A stretch of DNA of 25,263 bases from Verrucomicrobiota bacterium (GCA_027622665.1 JAQBYT010000049.1:1-25263); one strand, 5' to 3'; counted from the first letter of the stretch, positions 1 to 9,656 are shown. Numbers and translations are program-made. The notes: generated by a model from the sequence alone, not told the origin.

Positions 1-23
1 ATTACCATGGATAATTAGGTAGA

Positions 24-2450
24 ATGAGCAGAATTTCATTGATCGCTTTTCTTTTCTTTGGCTCGGCTCAGCTGGAGGCCAAGGACTGGATGAATAAGCT
101 ATCGGATATGCTGAAAGTTCATTGTTACGATTGTCATGGCGATGGGACAAAAAAGGGCGGTTTGGCGATGGACGAACTCTCCGACAAATTGGAAGCCCCC
201 GCCGTCTTCGCTGTATGGGAACAGATATACGACAGGGCCTTGAACGGGGAAATGCCCCCGAAGAAGGTCAAGGACCGTCCAAACCCGGCTGAACTCAAGG
301 AATTGCAGATGAATCTTGAGCCTGCACTGAGATCTGCTCATGAGAAAGCTAAGGGGACCGTTCTGAGGCGCCTGAACCGCCGTGAGTACGAGAATGCCAT
401 GAATGACCTATTCGGCACCGACCTGGAGTTGGAGAAAATGCTCCCCGAGGATGGTCGCTCGCACGAATTCGACGTCGTGGGTGAGACACTCGGCGTATCG
501 ATGATCCACCTCAAGCGCTACTTGGAAGCCGCAGGCAAGGTGTTCGATGCGGCTGTCGCGAAGACGACCGAGAGACCGAAACCCAAGCTCATCGAGTGCC
601 GTTACAGGGAATCGGAAGTCGAACGCGAAGTCGGCAAGTCAGTCAGGCGTTTGGACGACGCATCCTTGGTTCGTTTCTCGTCCAGCGGACTTTCGGGGGG
701 GCATCTCAGAGAAGGCAATACACCTAAACCGGGCGTGTATCGCGTTCGGATTACGGGATACGCTTTTCAGTCCGACAATCCCGTGACGGTTTCGATCTCA
801 GGAGAATCCTACGCAGCAGGCTCCGAAAAGCCGCTCATTGGATTCGCATCGTTTCCGCCTGGCAAACAGACCACCGTTGAACTGGAAGGAAGGTTGGAAC
901 GCAACTATATGCTGCGCATCAACCCCTACGGCCTTTTTGACCCTGATCATTGGGGGCGCGCTAAAAGCGGCAAGTCCATTGACGACTTCAAGGGCCCCGG
1001 TTTCGCCTTTGTGTCGGCCACCATGGAAGGCCCCTTGGTGAAGGAATTTCCCACTCGCGGGCACAAACTGATATTCGGGGACATAGATCGGCCCGAAATC
1101 GAACCCGGCAACCCCGGCGACAAGAAAAAATCATGGTACAAGCCAAAGTTCGAGATCAGGTCGGAGAACGAATCAGTCGATGCCGCCAAGGCGATCAAGC
1201 GCTTGGCAACCTCCGCCTTTCGCCGCCCCGTGACCGATGATGAAGTAGCTCCTTACCTCGCCCTGTTCAAAAAGGAGCGTGACCAGAAGGAAAGTTTTGA
1301 GACATCCCTGCGGACGGTCTTCACCGCCTTGTTCTCTTCTCCGCATTTCCTCTACTTGAGGGAGAAACCGGGACGACTTGACGACATCGCCCTCGCCAAC
1401 CGCTTGTCTCTTTTCCTTACCCGCACCATACCTGAAGACGAACTACTCGGAGTGGCCTATCAAGGTGAGCTCGCCACCGACCCCGGCGCTCTGCGAAAAG
1501 AAACCGAGCGCCTCCTCAAGCACGAACGTTTCGACCGCTTCCTAACGGACTTCACAGAGTCATGGTTGGATCTGCGCGACATGGACTTCACGGAACCCGA
1601 CAAAAAGCTTTTCCCCGAGTTCGACCGACCCCTACAGTTTTTCATGGTCAAGGAGACTGAAGCGTTCCTGCGGGAACTGATCGAGTCGAACCTTCCCGCA
1701 ACCAATGTGGTGAAGTCCGATTTCGCCATGCTCAACCAGCGCCTCGCCGAACACTACGAGGTGCAAGGCGTGACCGGCATTGAAATCCGCAAGGTCAAAC
1801 TACCCGACGGCACGCCCCGCGGCGGGTTTCTGTCTCAAGGCAGTGTCCTCAAGGTAACCGCCAACGGCACCAACACCTCGCCCGTCCTGCGGGGCACATG
1901 GGTGATGGAACGCATTCTCGGAAAGACTCCAAAACCGCCGCCGCCCGACATCCCCGGAGTGGAACCGGACGTCCGCGGAGCCGAGACTCTGCGCGACCTC
2001 TTGGCGAAGCATCGGTCCATGGAAAGTTGCCGGAGTTGCCATGCGAAGTTCGACCCGCTTGGCTTCGCTTTGGAATCCTTCAACCCGATCGGCGGATACC
2101 GCGAGCATTACCGCTCTTTGGGTAATCCCAAGGCCCCCAAGATCGATCGAGTCGCCCAGGGTCGGCGAGTACAGTACCGCCAAGGTCCGGTCGTGGATGC
2201 ATCGGGTAAATTCGAGGATGGAGTCGAATTCGCCGACTTCACCTCCTTCCAAAGTCTTTTGGCTCGCCAACCTGAGAATTTGACCCGGGCGCTCGCCAAA
2301 AAACTACTCACCTTCGCAACCGGGCGAGAACTGGGGTTTTCCGATCGGGACGAACTGGAACGCATAGTGAAGGAATCCGCCCGCAACGGCTACCGAGCAA
2401 GGGACTTGATTCACCTCGTGATCGGCTCCAGTATATTTCAAAGCAAATAA
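24..2450 (+). CDS. PVC-type cytochrome c-containing DUF1592/DUF1588/DUF1585/DUF1587/DUF1595 (PSD-domain) protein
   Basis: 808-aa ORF with a signal peptide, CxxCH motifs (CYDCH, CRSCH), 'LRRLNRREYENAMNDLFG', 'AFRRPV', 'SPHFLYL', 'TSPVLRGTWVMERILG' and 'DPLGFALESFNPIG'. Lies upstream of a DUF1552 gene, as is typical for the family. Confidence 0.9.
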   Translation: MSRISLIAFLFFGSAQLEAKDWMNKLSDMLKVHCYDCHGDGTKKGGLAMDELSDKLEAPAVFAVWEQIYDRALNGEMPPKKVKDRPNPAELKELQMNLEPALRSAHEKAKGTVLRRLNRREYENAMNDLFGTDLELEKMLPEDGRSHEFDVVGETLGVSMIHLKRYLEAAGKVFDAAVAKTTERPKPKLIECRYRESEVEREVGKSVRRLDDASLVRFSSSGLSGGHLREGNTPKPGVYRVRITGYAFQSDNPVTVSISGESYAAGSEKPLIGFASFPPGKQTTVELEGRLERNYMLRINPYGLFDPDHWGRAKSGKSIDDFKGPGFAFVSATMEGPLVKEFPTRGHKLIFGDIDRPEIEPGNPGDKKKSWYKPKFEIRSENESVDAAKAIKRLATSAFRRPVTDDEVAPYLALFKKERDQKESFETSLRTVFTALFSSPHFLYLREKPGRLDDIALANRLSLFLTRTIPEDELLGVAYQGELATDPGALRKETERLLKHERFDRFLTDFTESWLDLRDMDFTEPDKKLFPEFDRPLQFFMVKETEAFLRELIESNLPATNVVKSDFAMLNQRLAEHYEVQGVTGIEIRKVKLPDGTPRGGFLSQGSVLKVTANGTNTSPVLRGTWVMERILGKTPKPPPPDIPGVEPDVRGAETLRDLLAKHRSMESCRSCHAKFDPLGFALESFNPIGGYREHYRSLGNPKAPKIDRVAQGRRVQYRQGPVVDASGKFEDGVEFADFTSFQSLLARQPENLTRALAKKLLTFATGRELGFSDRDELERIVKESARNGYRARDLIHLVIGSSIFQSK

Positions 2451-2467
2451 AGCAAATCAATCGAAGT

Positions 2468-3760
2468 ATGACCTATCTAGCCACCAAGACAGCCCTAGCC
2501 AGACGCAGTTTCCTCAAGGGAAGCGGAGTCGCCGTAGCCCTTCCCCTTCTTCATGCCATGACGCCCGCCTTTACCCGAGCGGCGGCTTCCTCGACCTCGC
2601 CCAAGCGTTTCGTCGCCATGAATGCCAGCTTGGGATTTCACGCCCCCTTGCTTTTTCCCAAGACGCCCGGAAAAGACTACGCTCTCACACCTTACTTGGA
2701 GCAACTCAAGGAGCACCGAGGAGACTTAACCCTTTTCTCCGGGCTTTCCCATCCCAGCCAGAACGGCAACAACGGACATGCCTCCGAACTTACCTGGCTT
2801 ACATCCGCCCAGCGACCCGGGCTGGCGGGATTCAAGAACACCATTTCACTGGACCAATTGATCGCCAAACAAATCGGGGCGTCCACCCGTTTCCCCTCCC
2901 TCACCCTTGGCACCAGAGGCCAGTCTCTCTCATGGACGGCCAACGGAGTGCCCCTGCCCGCCGTCACCTCGCCATCCAAGGTATACCAACAGTTGTTCGC
3001 CCAAGGCACCGAGAAAGAAATCACGGAGCAGATCAAGCAACTGGAAAAAGGAAAAAGCGTGCTGGACGTGGTCCAAGGCGACGCCAAGGCGCTGGAAAGA
3101 AGCTTGGGGCATCGGGATCGCGAAAAACTCGATGAATACCAGAGTTCCATCCGCGACCTGGAGATTAGGCTCCTACAAAACAAGGAATGGGCCCGCAAAC
3201 CCAAACCCAAAGTGGAGTACCCTGCCCCCAAGGACGTCACGGACAAGGTCGACCTTTTGGCTAAGCAACGTCTCATGTACGACATGATCGCCCTCGCCCT
3301 GCAAACCGACTCCTGCCGAGCCATAACCTTTTCCCTCGGGGCCATGAATGCGGTGCCGAGCAACATCCCGGGCGTGAAGACGGATTGGCATAACCTCTCG
3401 CATCACGGCAAGGATGAGAACAAGATCGATGAACTCGAGATCATCGAGAAAGCCGAGTTCAAGCTCTTCGGGGAATTCCTCTCCAAGCTGAAGGGAATGA
3501 AGGAAAACGGGAAGCACCTGCTGGACTACACCGCCATCCTTTTCGGCTCGAACTTGGGCAACGCCTCCTCCCACAGCACGAAGAACCTACCCGTCATCGT
3601 GGCGGGCGGCGGCTACAAGCACGGTTCCTACGTATCCCATGACGAAAACGACAACACCCCCTTCTGCAACCTCTTCGTCCCTCTCGCCCAGCGTATGGGC
3701 ATGGAGATCGAAAAATTCGGCAGCAGCACAAAGTCAACCATTCTCGGCTTGGAAAGCTGA
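2468..3760 (+). CDS. DUF1552 (HxxSHH) family protein
   Basis: 430-aa ORF with an 'RRSFLKG..VALPLL' Tat-like N-terminus, 'ISLDQLIA', 'WHNLSHH' and 'GSNLGNASSHSTKNLP'. Starts 17 bp after the DUF1592 gene. Confidence 0.92.
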   Translation: MTYLATKTALARRSFLKGSGVAVALPLLHAMTPAFTRAAASSTSPKRFVAMNASLGFHAPLLFPKTPGKDYALTPYLEQLKEHRGDLTLFSGLSHPSQNGNNGHASELTWLTSAQRPGLAGFKNTISLDQLIAKQIGASTRFPSLTLGTRGQSLSWTANGVPLPAVTSPSKVYQQLFAQGTEKEITEQIKQLEKGKSVLDVVQGDAKALERSLGHRDREKLDEYQSSIRDLEIRLLQNKEWARKPKPKVEYPAPKDVTDKVDLLAKQRLMYDMIALALQTDSCRAITFSLGAMNAVPSNIPGVKTDWHNLSHHGKDENKIDELEIIEKAEFKLFGEFLSKLKGMKENGKHLLDYTAILFGSNLGNASSHSTKNLPVIVAGGGYKHGSYVSHDENDNTPFCNLFVPLAQRMGMEIEKFGSSTKSTILGLES

Positions 3761-3773
3761 AGGAAGCAAAGCC

Positions 3774-4074
3774 ATTAAAGTTCTCCCTTGGGTTTGGGCT
3801 GTCTTATCCGTCTTTGTCTGCGAGCCTTTGCTCGCCGAGGAACAGGAAGTCATTGCCTTCATCAAGAAGCAAGGCGGTCGGGTCACGCTGAACAAAACCG
3901 GTCAGGCCACCAAGCTTTCGCTGAATGCTGAAAGCGTGGTGTCGATTAAACGGTTTCAATCAATCGCCAAACTGAAGCATCTGGAGGAATTGGCCGTCAA
4001 CATGCCTCCCGGAGGAGACGGCGACTGGGCCTTCCTTCGAAAAATGCCGGCCTTGAAAAAACTCACCATTTGGA
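3774..4074 (+). pseudogene. 5' fragment of a secreted LRR-like protein
   Basis: Signal-peptide-like stretch, then 'IAFIKKQGGRV' and 'LKHLEELAV...LRKMPALKKLTIW', typical of PVC LRR proteins. No ATG (ATT at 3774 where a start is expected). Similarity ends abruptly at ~4074. Confidence 0.5.
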
Positions 4075-4330
4075 TGACATCGCGAAGCTCACATTATATC
4101 CTTACTTCTATACCTTTGTGCGCGATGCCTTCTCCCAGGTCGGGATTATGATCAACGCCTACTAACCCACCTATGTGATCGACTCCGATCATGTATTGCC
4201 GATCTACCTCATGAATGATCTATACACGACATGGCAAGGCTCAGTGCGGCTCCGGATTATTCGCAACGGTAAGACCGTGATCGAACAAACACAGCCCTGC
4301 AAGGTTGCGGAATTGGGTGCAACACGAATC
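4067..4330 (+). pseudogene. C-terminal-region fragment of a GH2-like glycoside hydrolase
   Basis: Frame reads 'DIAKLTLYPYFYTFVRDAFSQVGIMINAY*PTY...IYLMNDLYTTWQGSVRLRIIRNGKTVIEQTQPCKVAELG', resembling the post-catalytic region of PVC GH2-type enzymes (recalled similarity). Internal TAA at 4163-4165; no 5' part. Confidence 0.45.
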
Positions 4331-4407
4331 TCCAGCTCCCAGCGTGCGCGACTTCAGGGCCGCTACAAAGGTTAGCAACCACTGAGGCCATCAGCCGGGG
4401 AGGCCAA

Positions 4408-4433
4408 TGACCTGCCCCCGGATTCCTGCTACA
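4408..4433 (+). repeat. Isolated IS3-family-like terminal inverted repeat
   Basis: TGACCTGCCCCCGGATTCCTGCTACA has the 5'-TG..CTGCCCCC form of IS3-family ends; there is no adjacent transposase. Confidence 0.35.
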
Positions 4434-4441
4434 TCACGGGG

Positions 4442-7400
4442 CTATTCCGGGGGCAAACCGCGCACCTCGATCCCTTTGATCGACGGACCGACTGGGCTGG
4501 CCAATAGTTTGATCACGAGATTCTTCGCGGTAATATCGAGTGTCTTGCGAAACTGCCACGATCTGGAGGCTCCGCCCGCCTCAGTGAAGACGTCGATCTT
4601 CGCACCAACCTTGTCGTCGTTGATGTATATGTTGAACAGTCGCTTTCCCTTGGCGAAGAAGCCGGGGTTCGTTTCGGCGAATTCGAGTACGATCTCGTAC
4701 CGCCCCGGATCGACGGGGAAATTGTATCGCATGCCAGTGCGCACCCATCGTTCGGTCAAGAAGATCTCTTTCTTCAAGTCGACACCGCGAACGTGAGAGA
4801 ATTTCGTACCTCCACTACCCATAAACGCATGGCCCTTGCCACTATCGGCTTCCCAGGGAACGCCGTCATCGGTCGCGATTTCCGGACCACCGCAGTTGAT
4901 TCTCTTCAGATACCGAAGCGGTGAAGCGGAAACGACGAGGCCCGGCGAGCCCAGCAAACCGGCGGAACTACGAGGGCGAACGACATAGTGGTAATCCGTG
5001 CCATATTCAGTTTCCTTGTCGAGGTACTGAGAGGATGGAAAGTCAGTCACTTCAGCGATTTTTTTAAGTTCACCATCTTTACCATTTCCTCGATGGATTT
5101 CGATCGCGTTGACATTAGGCTCGAGTTCGCCCGTCCACGACAACAGAATCGCCTTGGACGCAGGAACGGCATGAATCTGAAGCACGTTGGCCGGCGGTTG
5201 ATGGTCGGGGACGTCGGTGCGCAGATATCGCACCTCGCCGCTACGCCCAACGACATCGATCGCCTGCACGGCATACCAGGCGGTCTCCTTCGATAGTGGT
5301 TTCTCGTCCAGATATCTCGTTTCGCCCTTGGTAAGTTCAACCAGCAGTATCTCCTCGCTGAGAGCGAATCCATCCACCTTTCCGCGATAAACGCGATAAC
5401 CGGTCACGCCCCGGTCGTCGGAGGAGGGTTTCCACTCGAGGGCAACCTGATAACTCTTGACCATGGGCGATGTCAGTTCAGGCACCGATGTAGGAGCCGT
5501 CTGGTCTGGCGTCGCCAGCAGTGGAGCTTCGGCCCCGAGAGCCGGATATCTGGCCGGCTTTTCGCTGGGTTCAAGGACTTCGAGGTAGTAATCGAATGGC
5601 GCCTGCGTGGCCGTGGCGGGCAACGTGACCTTGAAGTGAGTGGGATCGGTCTGGACCAGCGGCAGGCTAGCAAACTGTGTGCCGCCGCTCGACCGCCAAA
5701 AGAGGTTGCCAGCAGCCTTAGAGCCGGGCTTCTGTGGCTCGAAATAGATGCTGTTGAGTTCGAGATCTCGACCACCGAAGATGTCGGTCGGTGGCTGGAA
5801 AAAGAGTCCGGAATCAGATAGCTCGAAGAGTCTCCCCTCCCCAGGAAGCAAAACCACTTCCAAGGGACCTTTCGACGTGGGCACAGCCTCGAGCCGTTCA
5901 CCGGTTTCCTGAGAGATTTCGGCGGTCGACATGATCTGGAAATGAAGCGTTAACTTGGCCGTGATCGGGCTGTTGAAGGACCGGTTCACCACCATCAGGT
6001 ATTCTTTTCCTTCAGGGCTCTGGAAACAGCCGATGACCATTGGGCCGCCCTTCGCCTGCTTTACGGGTCCACCCGCGGCGAGTGCTTTGGCTCCCGGCGG
6101 AACGGGCGCGGTGCAATAGGCTCCCGTGCAGGTCAGGCGGGCCAGAATCGGTCCCAGTTTTGCAATCCGGTGATTGATTTTCTTCGCATAGTCCCATTTC
6201 CGGTCGCGTTTGCCCTCTTTACTGATGAAGGATGGGGCATCGGCCCAGGCGAGCCCCTTCGTGAACCAGTAGGTGAAGTATTGGATGCCTCGCGAACCGT
6301 AAGCCAGTGACGTATAAACCTGCCAACGCAAATCAATCTCGCTGGCTTCGCGATAACCCATGTGCTTCAGCGACACAATAATCTGGTTGTAAGGTAATCT
6401 TGCTTTCACGCAACGTTCGCGCATGAGTTCGAGGTTATACCAGTAGGTGTTCTCGTCGCCACCCCCGAACAATTGCCGGTAGTGATCCCAACTGACCATC
6501 GCCGGTTTTGCATCTTCAATAAACTTCGACACATACTCCTCGTATTTACTGAGCGGATTGAAAGCGTACGCCGGCAGCAGGTTGAAGTAGGGCAAATGCT
6601 TCGGGTCTTTCTTCAACAGATACTGGTTGACCACACCGAGACGGTGATTCCCCTCTAAGGAAATACCTTCGTCCCCTTCAACGAGCCCCAGGAAAGCCGG
6701 ATGCGACGAATACCTGGCGATCAGGCTGTCCAGAACCTTCTCCATTTGCGGAATTTCTTCGGGCTTGGGAGCCGAGTCCCAGGCGCCAACCTTCAACATG
6801 TCTCCATCCCAGATCAGGGCTTTCATCCCGACTTGCTGGCAGAGATCGAGAATTTTCTGATTATGCTTCTCCTGGGCCGCGTCACGCTGTTCCCAGTGAC
6901 AATCGATGCTCATGAGAGCCACATTGAACCCGCAGTCGGCGAGTTCCTGGTAGCGCTCCAGATTAGTCTCTGATCGGGGAGGCCCGCACCAGTAACTGAT
7001 AATGAATGCCGGATCGTACGCCTCCGGCTTGATCAGCTTGTCTGCTGCCCATTTAACCCGAGGAACGCGGGGCTTCGGAGGTGCGGGTGTTCCCGGTACG
7101 CCGAAAAGCTCCAGCTGCCCGAGGGCGAAGCCCGGGGGCCGGTTGAAGTCGGCAAAGGTCATGGAATTCGGGTTGAAGCAGGAGGTTACGACGATCCGGT
7201 ACCAGGTGTATCCCCATTTGGGCTTGGGATAATCCGCCTTTGCGATTTTTCGATCCACCAGACGCGACTTCAACTTCTTGAGATCCCCGGGGCCAACCGC
7301 TTGGCTCATGTTTTCCGACGTAAATGAAGTAAGCAGCGTCGTATGAAGCCGGCTGTCTACTTTGAGCGGAGACATCGCGCGAGTCGTGGCATCGCATCGG

Positions 7401-7942
7401 TAGATTTCCGTCCAATCGTCGTCGTCGGCCGTATTCGAGCCCTGTATGGCCCATTGCCGAGGATCGCGACCTGGCATTCCCGGCGAGGTGGTAATCGTGA
7501 AATGGGTCAGAACAAATGGCTGCTTCAACTTGACAGCGCAGTAGTAGGGAGCTGTTTCGGTTGGCCCGCCGTTCCCGCCGTCCTTAAAGCCGAGATACCA
7601 TTTCATGGTATCGGGTTTGTTCATAAAAATGGCGCAAGCGGGCGACCCTTGCCAACTTTGATAGGCATGTATCTGGTGCGGCGGCGTGCCCGGCAGCGAG
7701 GCTGGCTCGAAGAGCATATCAACCCAGGGGGCGTTCGGTGGGCGCATTTCAGTTTCGGAATTCGCACTTCCCCAGTTGATCCCCTCCTTCTCTTTCACCT
7801 CATCCAGGGGGTCGGTTAAGTCTCCTCCCAGTAGGCCCGAGTTACCCACGCCAATTGGCACACCCGCCCTCGATGATGGTGTAAACGTCAACCCGCACAA
7901 TAAAGCGCATGTCGCGGAAACTGAAAAACACATGCCTCGCAT
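4442..7942 (-). CDS. Secreted multidomain carbohydrate-active protein: F5/8-like domain + GH-like TIM barrel + 2x FN3 + malectin
   Basis: 1166 aa with a signal peptide. F5/8-like 'RDPRQWAIQGSN...WYRIVVT...LGQLELFG'; Pro-rich linker; GH-A-like barrel 'YWCGPP...GFNV...HPAFLG..GDEG...SWDHY...LAYGSRGIQYFTYW'; FN3 'LEWKPSSDDRGVTGYRVYRG'; malectin 'RINCGG...YEIVLEFAE...RLFNIYIN...DVFTEAGG'. Confidence 0.8.
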   Translation of the reverse strand: MRGMCFSVSATCALLCGLTFTPSSRAGVPIGVGNSGLLGGDLTDPLDEVKEKEGINWGSANSETEMRPPNAPWVDMLFEPASLPGTPPHQIHAYQSWQGSPACAIFMNKPDTMKWYLGFKDGGNGGPTETAPYYCAVKLKQPFVLTHFTITTSPGMPGRDPRQWAIQGSNTADDDDWTEIYRCDATTRAMSPLKVDSRLHTTLLTSFTSENMSQAVGPGDLKKLKSRLVDRKIAKADYPKPKWGYTWYRIVVTSCFNPNSMTFADFNRPPGFALGQLELFGVPGTPAPPKPRVPRVKWAADKLIKPEAYDPAFIISYWCGPPRSETNLERYQELADCGFNVALMSIDCHWEQRDAAQEKHNQKILDLCQQVGMKALIWDGDMLKVGAWDSAPKPEEIPQMEKVLDSLIARYSSHPAFLGLVEGDEGISLEGNHRLGVVNQYLLKKDPKHLPYFNLLPAYAFNPLSKYEEYVSKFIEDAKPAMVSWDHYRQLFGGGDENTYWYNLELMRERCVKARLPYNQIIVSLKHMGYREASEIDLRWQVYTSLAYGSRGIQYFTYWFTKGLAWADAPSFISKEGKRDRKWDYAKKINHRIAKLGPILARLTCTGAYCTAPVPPGAKALAAGGPVKQAKGGPMVIGCFQSPEGKEYLMVVNRSFNSPITAKLTLHFQIMSTAEISQETGERLEAVPTSKGPLEVVLLPGEGRLFELSDSGLFFQPPTDIFGGRDLELNSIYFEPQKPGSKAAGNLFWRSSGGTQFASLPLVQTDPTHFKVTLPATATQAPFDYYLEVLEPSEKPARYPALGAEAPLLATPDQTAPTSVPELTSPMVKSYQVALEWKPSSDDRGVTGYRVYRGKVDGFALSEEILLVELTKGETRYLDEKPLSKETAWYAVQAIDVVGRSGEVRYLRTDVPDHQPPANVLQIHAVPASKAILLSWTGELEPNVNAIEIHRGNGKDGELKKIAEVTDFPSSQYLDKETEYGTDYHYVVRPRSSAGLLGSPGLVVSASPLRYLKRINCGGPEIATDDGVPWEADSGKGHAFMGSGGTKFSHVRGVDLKKEIFLTERWVRTGMRYNFPVDPGRYEIVLEFAETNPGFFAKGKRLFNIYINDDKVGAKIDVFTEAGGASRSWQFRKTLDITAKNLVIKLLASPVGPSIKGIEVRGLPPE

Positions 7943-7998
7943 AGCTGAACCTCTAAGATTTTGGCGGAATGGCCATCCCCTATAAGAAATGGGAGGTT

Positions 7999-8013
7999 AA
8001 GCATCAGATGCTT
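7999..8013. promoter_or_regulatory. Perfect palindrome, candidate operator
   Basis: AAGCATC-A-GATGCTT lies ~57 bp upstream of the 7942 start codon in an intergenic region. Confidence 0.35.
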
Positions 8014-8152
8014 GCATATAAAAAACAAACTCAAAAGAGCGTCTAAGCCAACTTTCCGCAGGTCAAGAAGACAAGTTCATGCAACGGTTTTCAGGCTTTT
8101 TTCGCGTGTAGTCGAACAAGTAGATGTGCATTCGTTTAAGAGATGAAACTAC

Positions 8153-8625
8153 TCACATTAGGATGTCATTAATCACATGACCGTGAACGTCTGTCAGGCG
8201 ACGGTCGATGCCGTTGTGGCGGAACGTCAATCGAGTGTGATCAATGCCGAGCAGGCGCGGAATGGTTGCGTGAAAATCGTAACACGTTGTCGCGCCTTGC
8301 GCGGCTTTCCATGACCATTGATCGCTTTCGCCATGTGCGACGCCGTGCTTGATGCCTGCGCCGGCGAACCTTGAAACGAAAGTGCCGCCATTGTGATCGC
8401 GACTATCGCCGCCCTGGGCGAATGGCATCCGACCAAATTCCGTGGTCCAGATCAAAAGCGTGTCTTCGAGCAACGCGCGCTGTTTAAGATCGCGCAACAG
8501 CGCCGCGGCGGGTTGGTCCATCGAGCGTGCGATGAAGCTGAGTTCCTTGGGGATGCTTGTGTGGTTGTCCCAGTTGCTCGAACCGCCTCCATGGCCACTC
8601 CATACCTGGACGAACCGGACACTGC
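8153..8625 (-). pseudogene. 3' remnant of a DUF1501 family gene
   Basis: 'VRFVQVWSG...NWDNH...DQPAAALLRDLKQR.LLEDTL...EFGRMP...RDHN...DFHAT...LGIDH.RLTFRHNGIDRRLTDVHGHVI' is the DUF1501 C-terminus. The N-terminal ~2/3 is missing. Confidence 0.85.
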
Positions 8626-8681
8626 GATTGATCTGCAATAAAGATCGCCGCAACCTGCCCGACCCGCAACCATCGATCCAC

Positions 8682-8891
8682 ATGACGCAGCTCGCACAAA
8701 ACCAGCTCTGGAAACAGGGCGATCGCTACTTCCGAATCGTGATATGGGAGCGGTTGGCCATCCAATACAAAGAACTCGATAGCCCAGACAACCCAGAGGG
8801 CACACTTCACTCCGTCACCAAAAAAGAATTTTGCCGACTCATCGGTGGCGCGGAACTCATCAAGGAGTCTGAGGAAACACCCGACATCTGA
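8682..8891 (+). CDS. Small conserved hypothetical protein (69 aa)
   Basis: ATG at 8682, 'MTQLAQNQLWKQGDRYFRIV..ERL...YK...VTKKEFCRLI'. Resembles small verrucomicrobial proteins and ends 4 bp before the next gene. Confidence 0.65.
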   Translation: MTQLAQNQLWKQGDRYFRIVIWERLAIQYKELDSPDNPEGTLHSVTKKEFCRLIGGAELIKESEETPDI

Positions 8892-8895
8892 TTCC

Positions 8896-9627
8896 ATGGA
8901 CAAACTGTTTGAAGAGCTCGACTTCCGCCCATCACCCATCGGTGATCTCATCCTGCAGCGCCGCAAATTTCTGCAACTCGATGGCGAGGTCGTTTACGAA
9001 GTGAAACTTGGCGACGCCTATCTCATGTCGAGCATGTTCCATGAGGTGGAAGAAGCCTTATCACGGCTCGGCCTCGGCGCGCTAGATGGTGATCGCTGGG
9101 ATGTTGTCGTTGGCGGCCTCGGCCTCGGCTACACCGCCGTCGCTGCTCTTGAGTTTCCACAAGTGCGGTCCTTACTCGTCGTCGACTTCCTAGAAGGCGT
9201 CATCGATTGGCACGAAAAGGAAATGGTCCCTCTTGGAAAAACGCTAAATGCAGACGATCGTTGTCGCTATGTCCATGGCGACTTCTTCGCGCTCGCAGCG
9301 GATCCAGTCACTGGATTCGATCCGAAATCACCCGGGCGCAAATTTCACGCCGTACTTCTCGACATCGACCACTCGCCCCGCAACTTGCTGGCATCTCAAA
9401 ATGCTGTATTCTACACCCCAGAGGGACTGAAGAAACTTGCTGAGCAACTCTACCCCGACGGTGTATTTGCCCTTTGGTCCGATGACCCACCAGACGCTAC
9501 ATTCATCGCAGATCTGAAAAGCACCTTCGCATCCGTGAAAACTGAAGTCGTCGAATTCCCTAACCCATTGCTCGAGACCATTTCTAAAAGCACGGTGTAT
9601 GTCGCAGTAAAAGAAAACGAAAGCTGA
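8896..9627 (+). CDS. Spermidine-synthase-like class I SAM-dependent methyltransferase
   Basis: ATG at 8896, 'FEELDFRPSPIGDLILQRR', SAM motif 'VVVGGLGLGYTA', 'GDFF', 'LLDIDHSP' and 'GVFALWS'. Confidence 0.88.
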   Translation: MDKLFEELDFRPSPIGDLILQRRKFLQLDGEVVYEVKLGDAYLMSSMFHEVEEALSRLGLGALDGDRWDVVVGGLGLGYTAVAALEFPQVRSLLVVDFLEGVIDWHEKEMVPLGKTLNADDRCRYVHGDFFALAADPVTGFDPKSPGRKFHAVLLDIDHSPRNLLASQNAVFYTPEGLKKLAEQLYPDGVFALWSDDPPDATFIADLKSTFASVKTEVVEFPNPLLETISKSTVYVAVKENES

Positions 9628-9656
9628 AGCGGCGACTGCTTCAAAAGGAGACGAAC

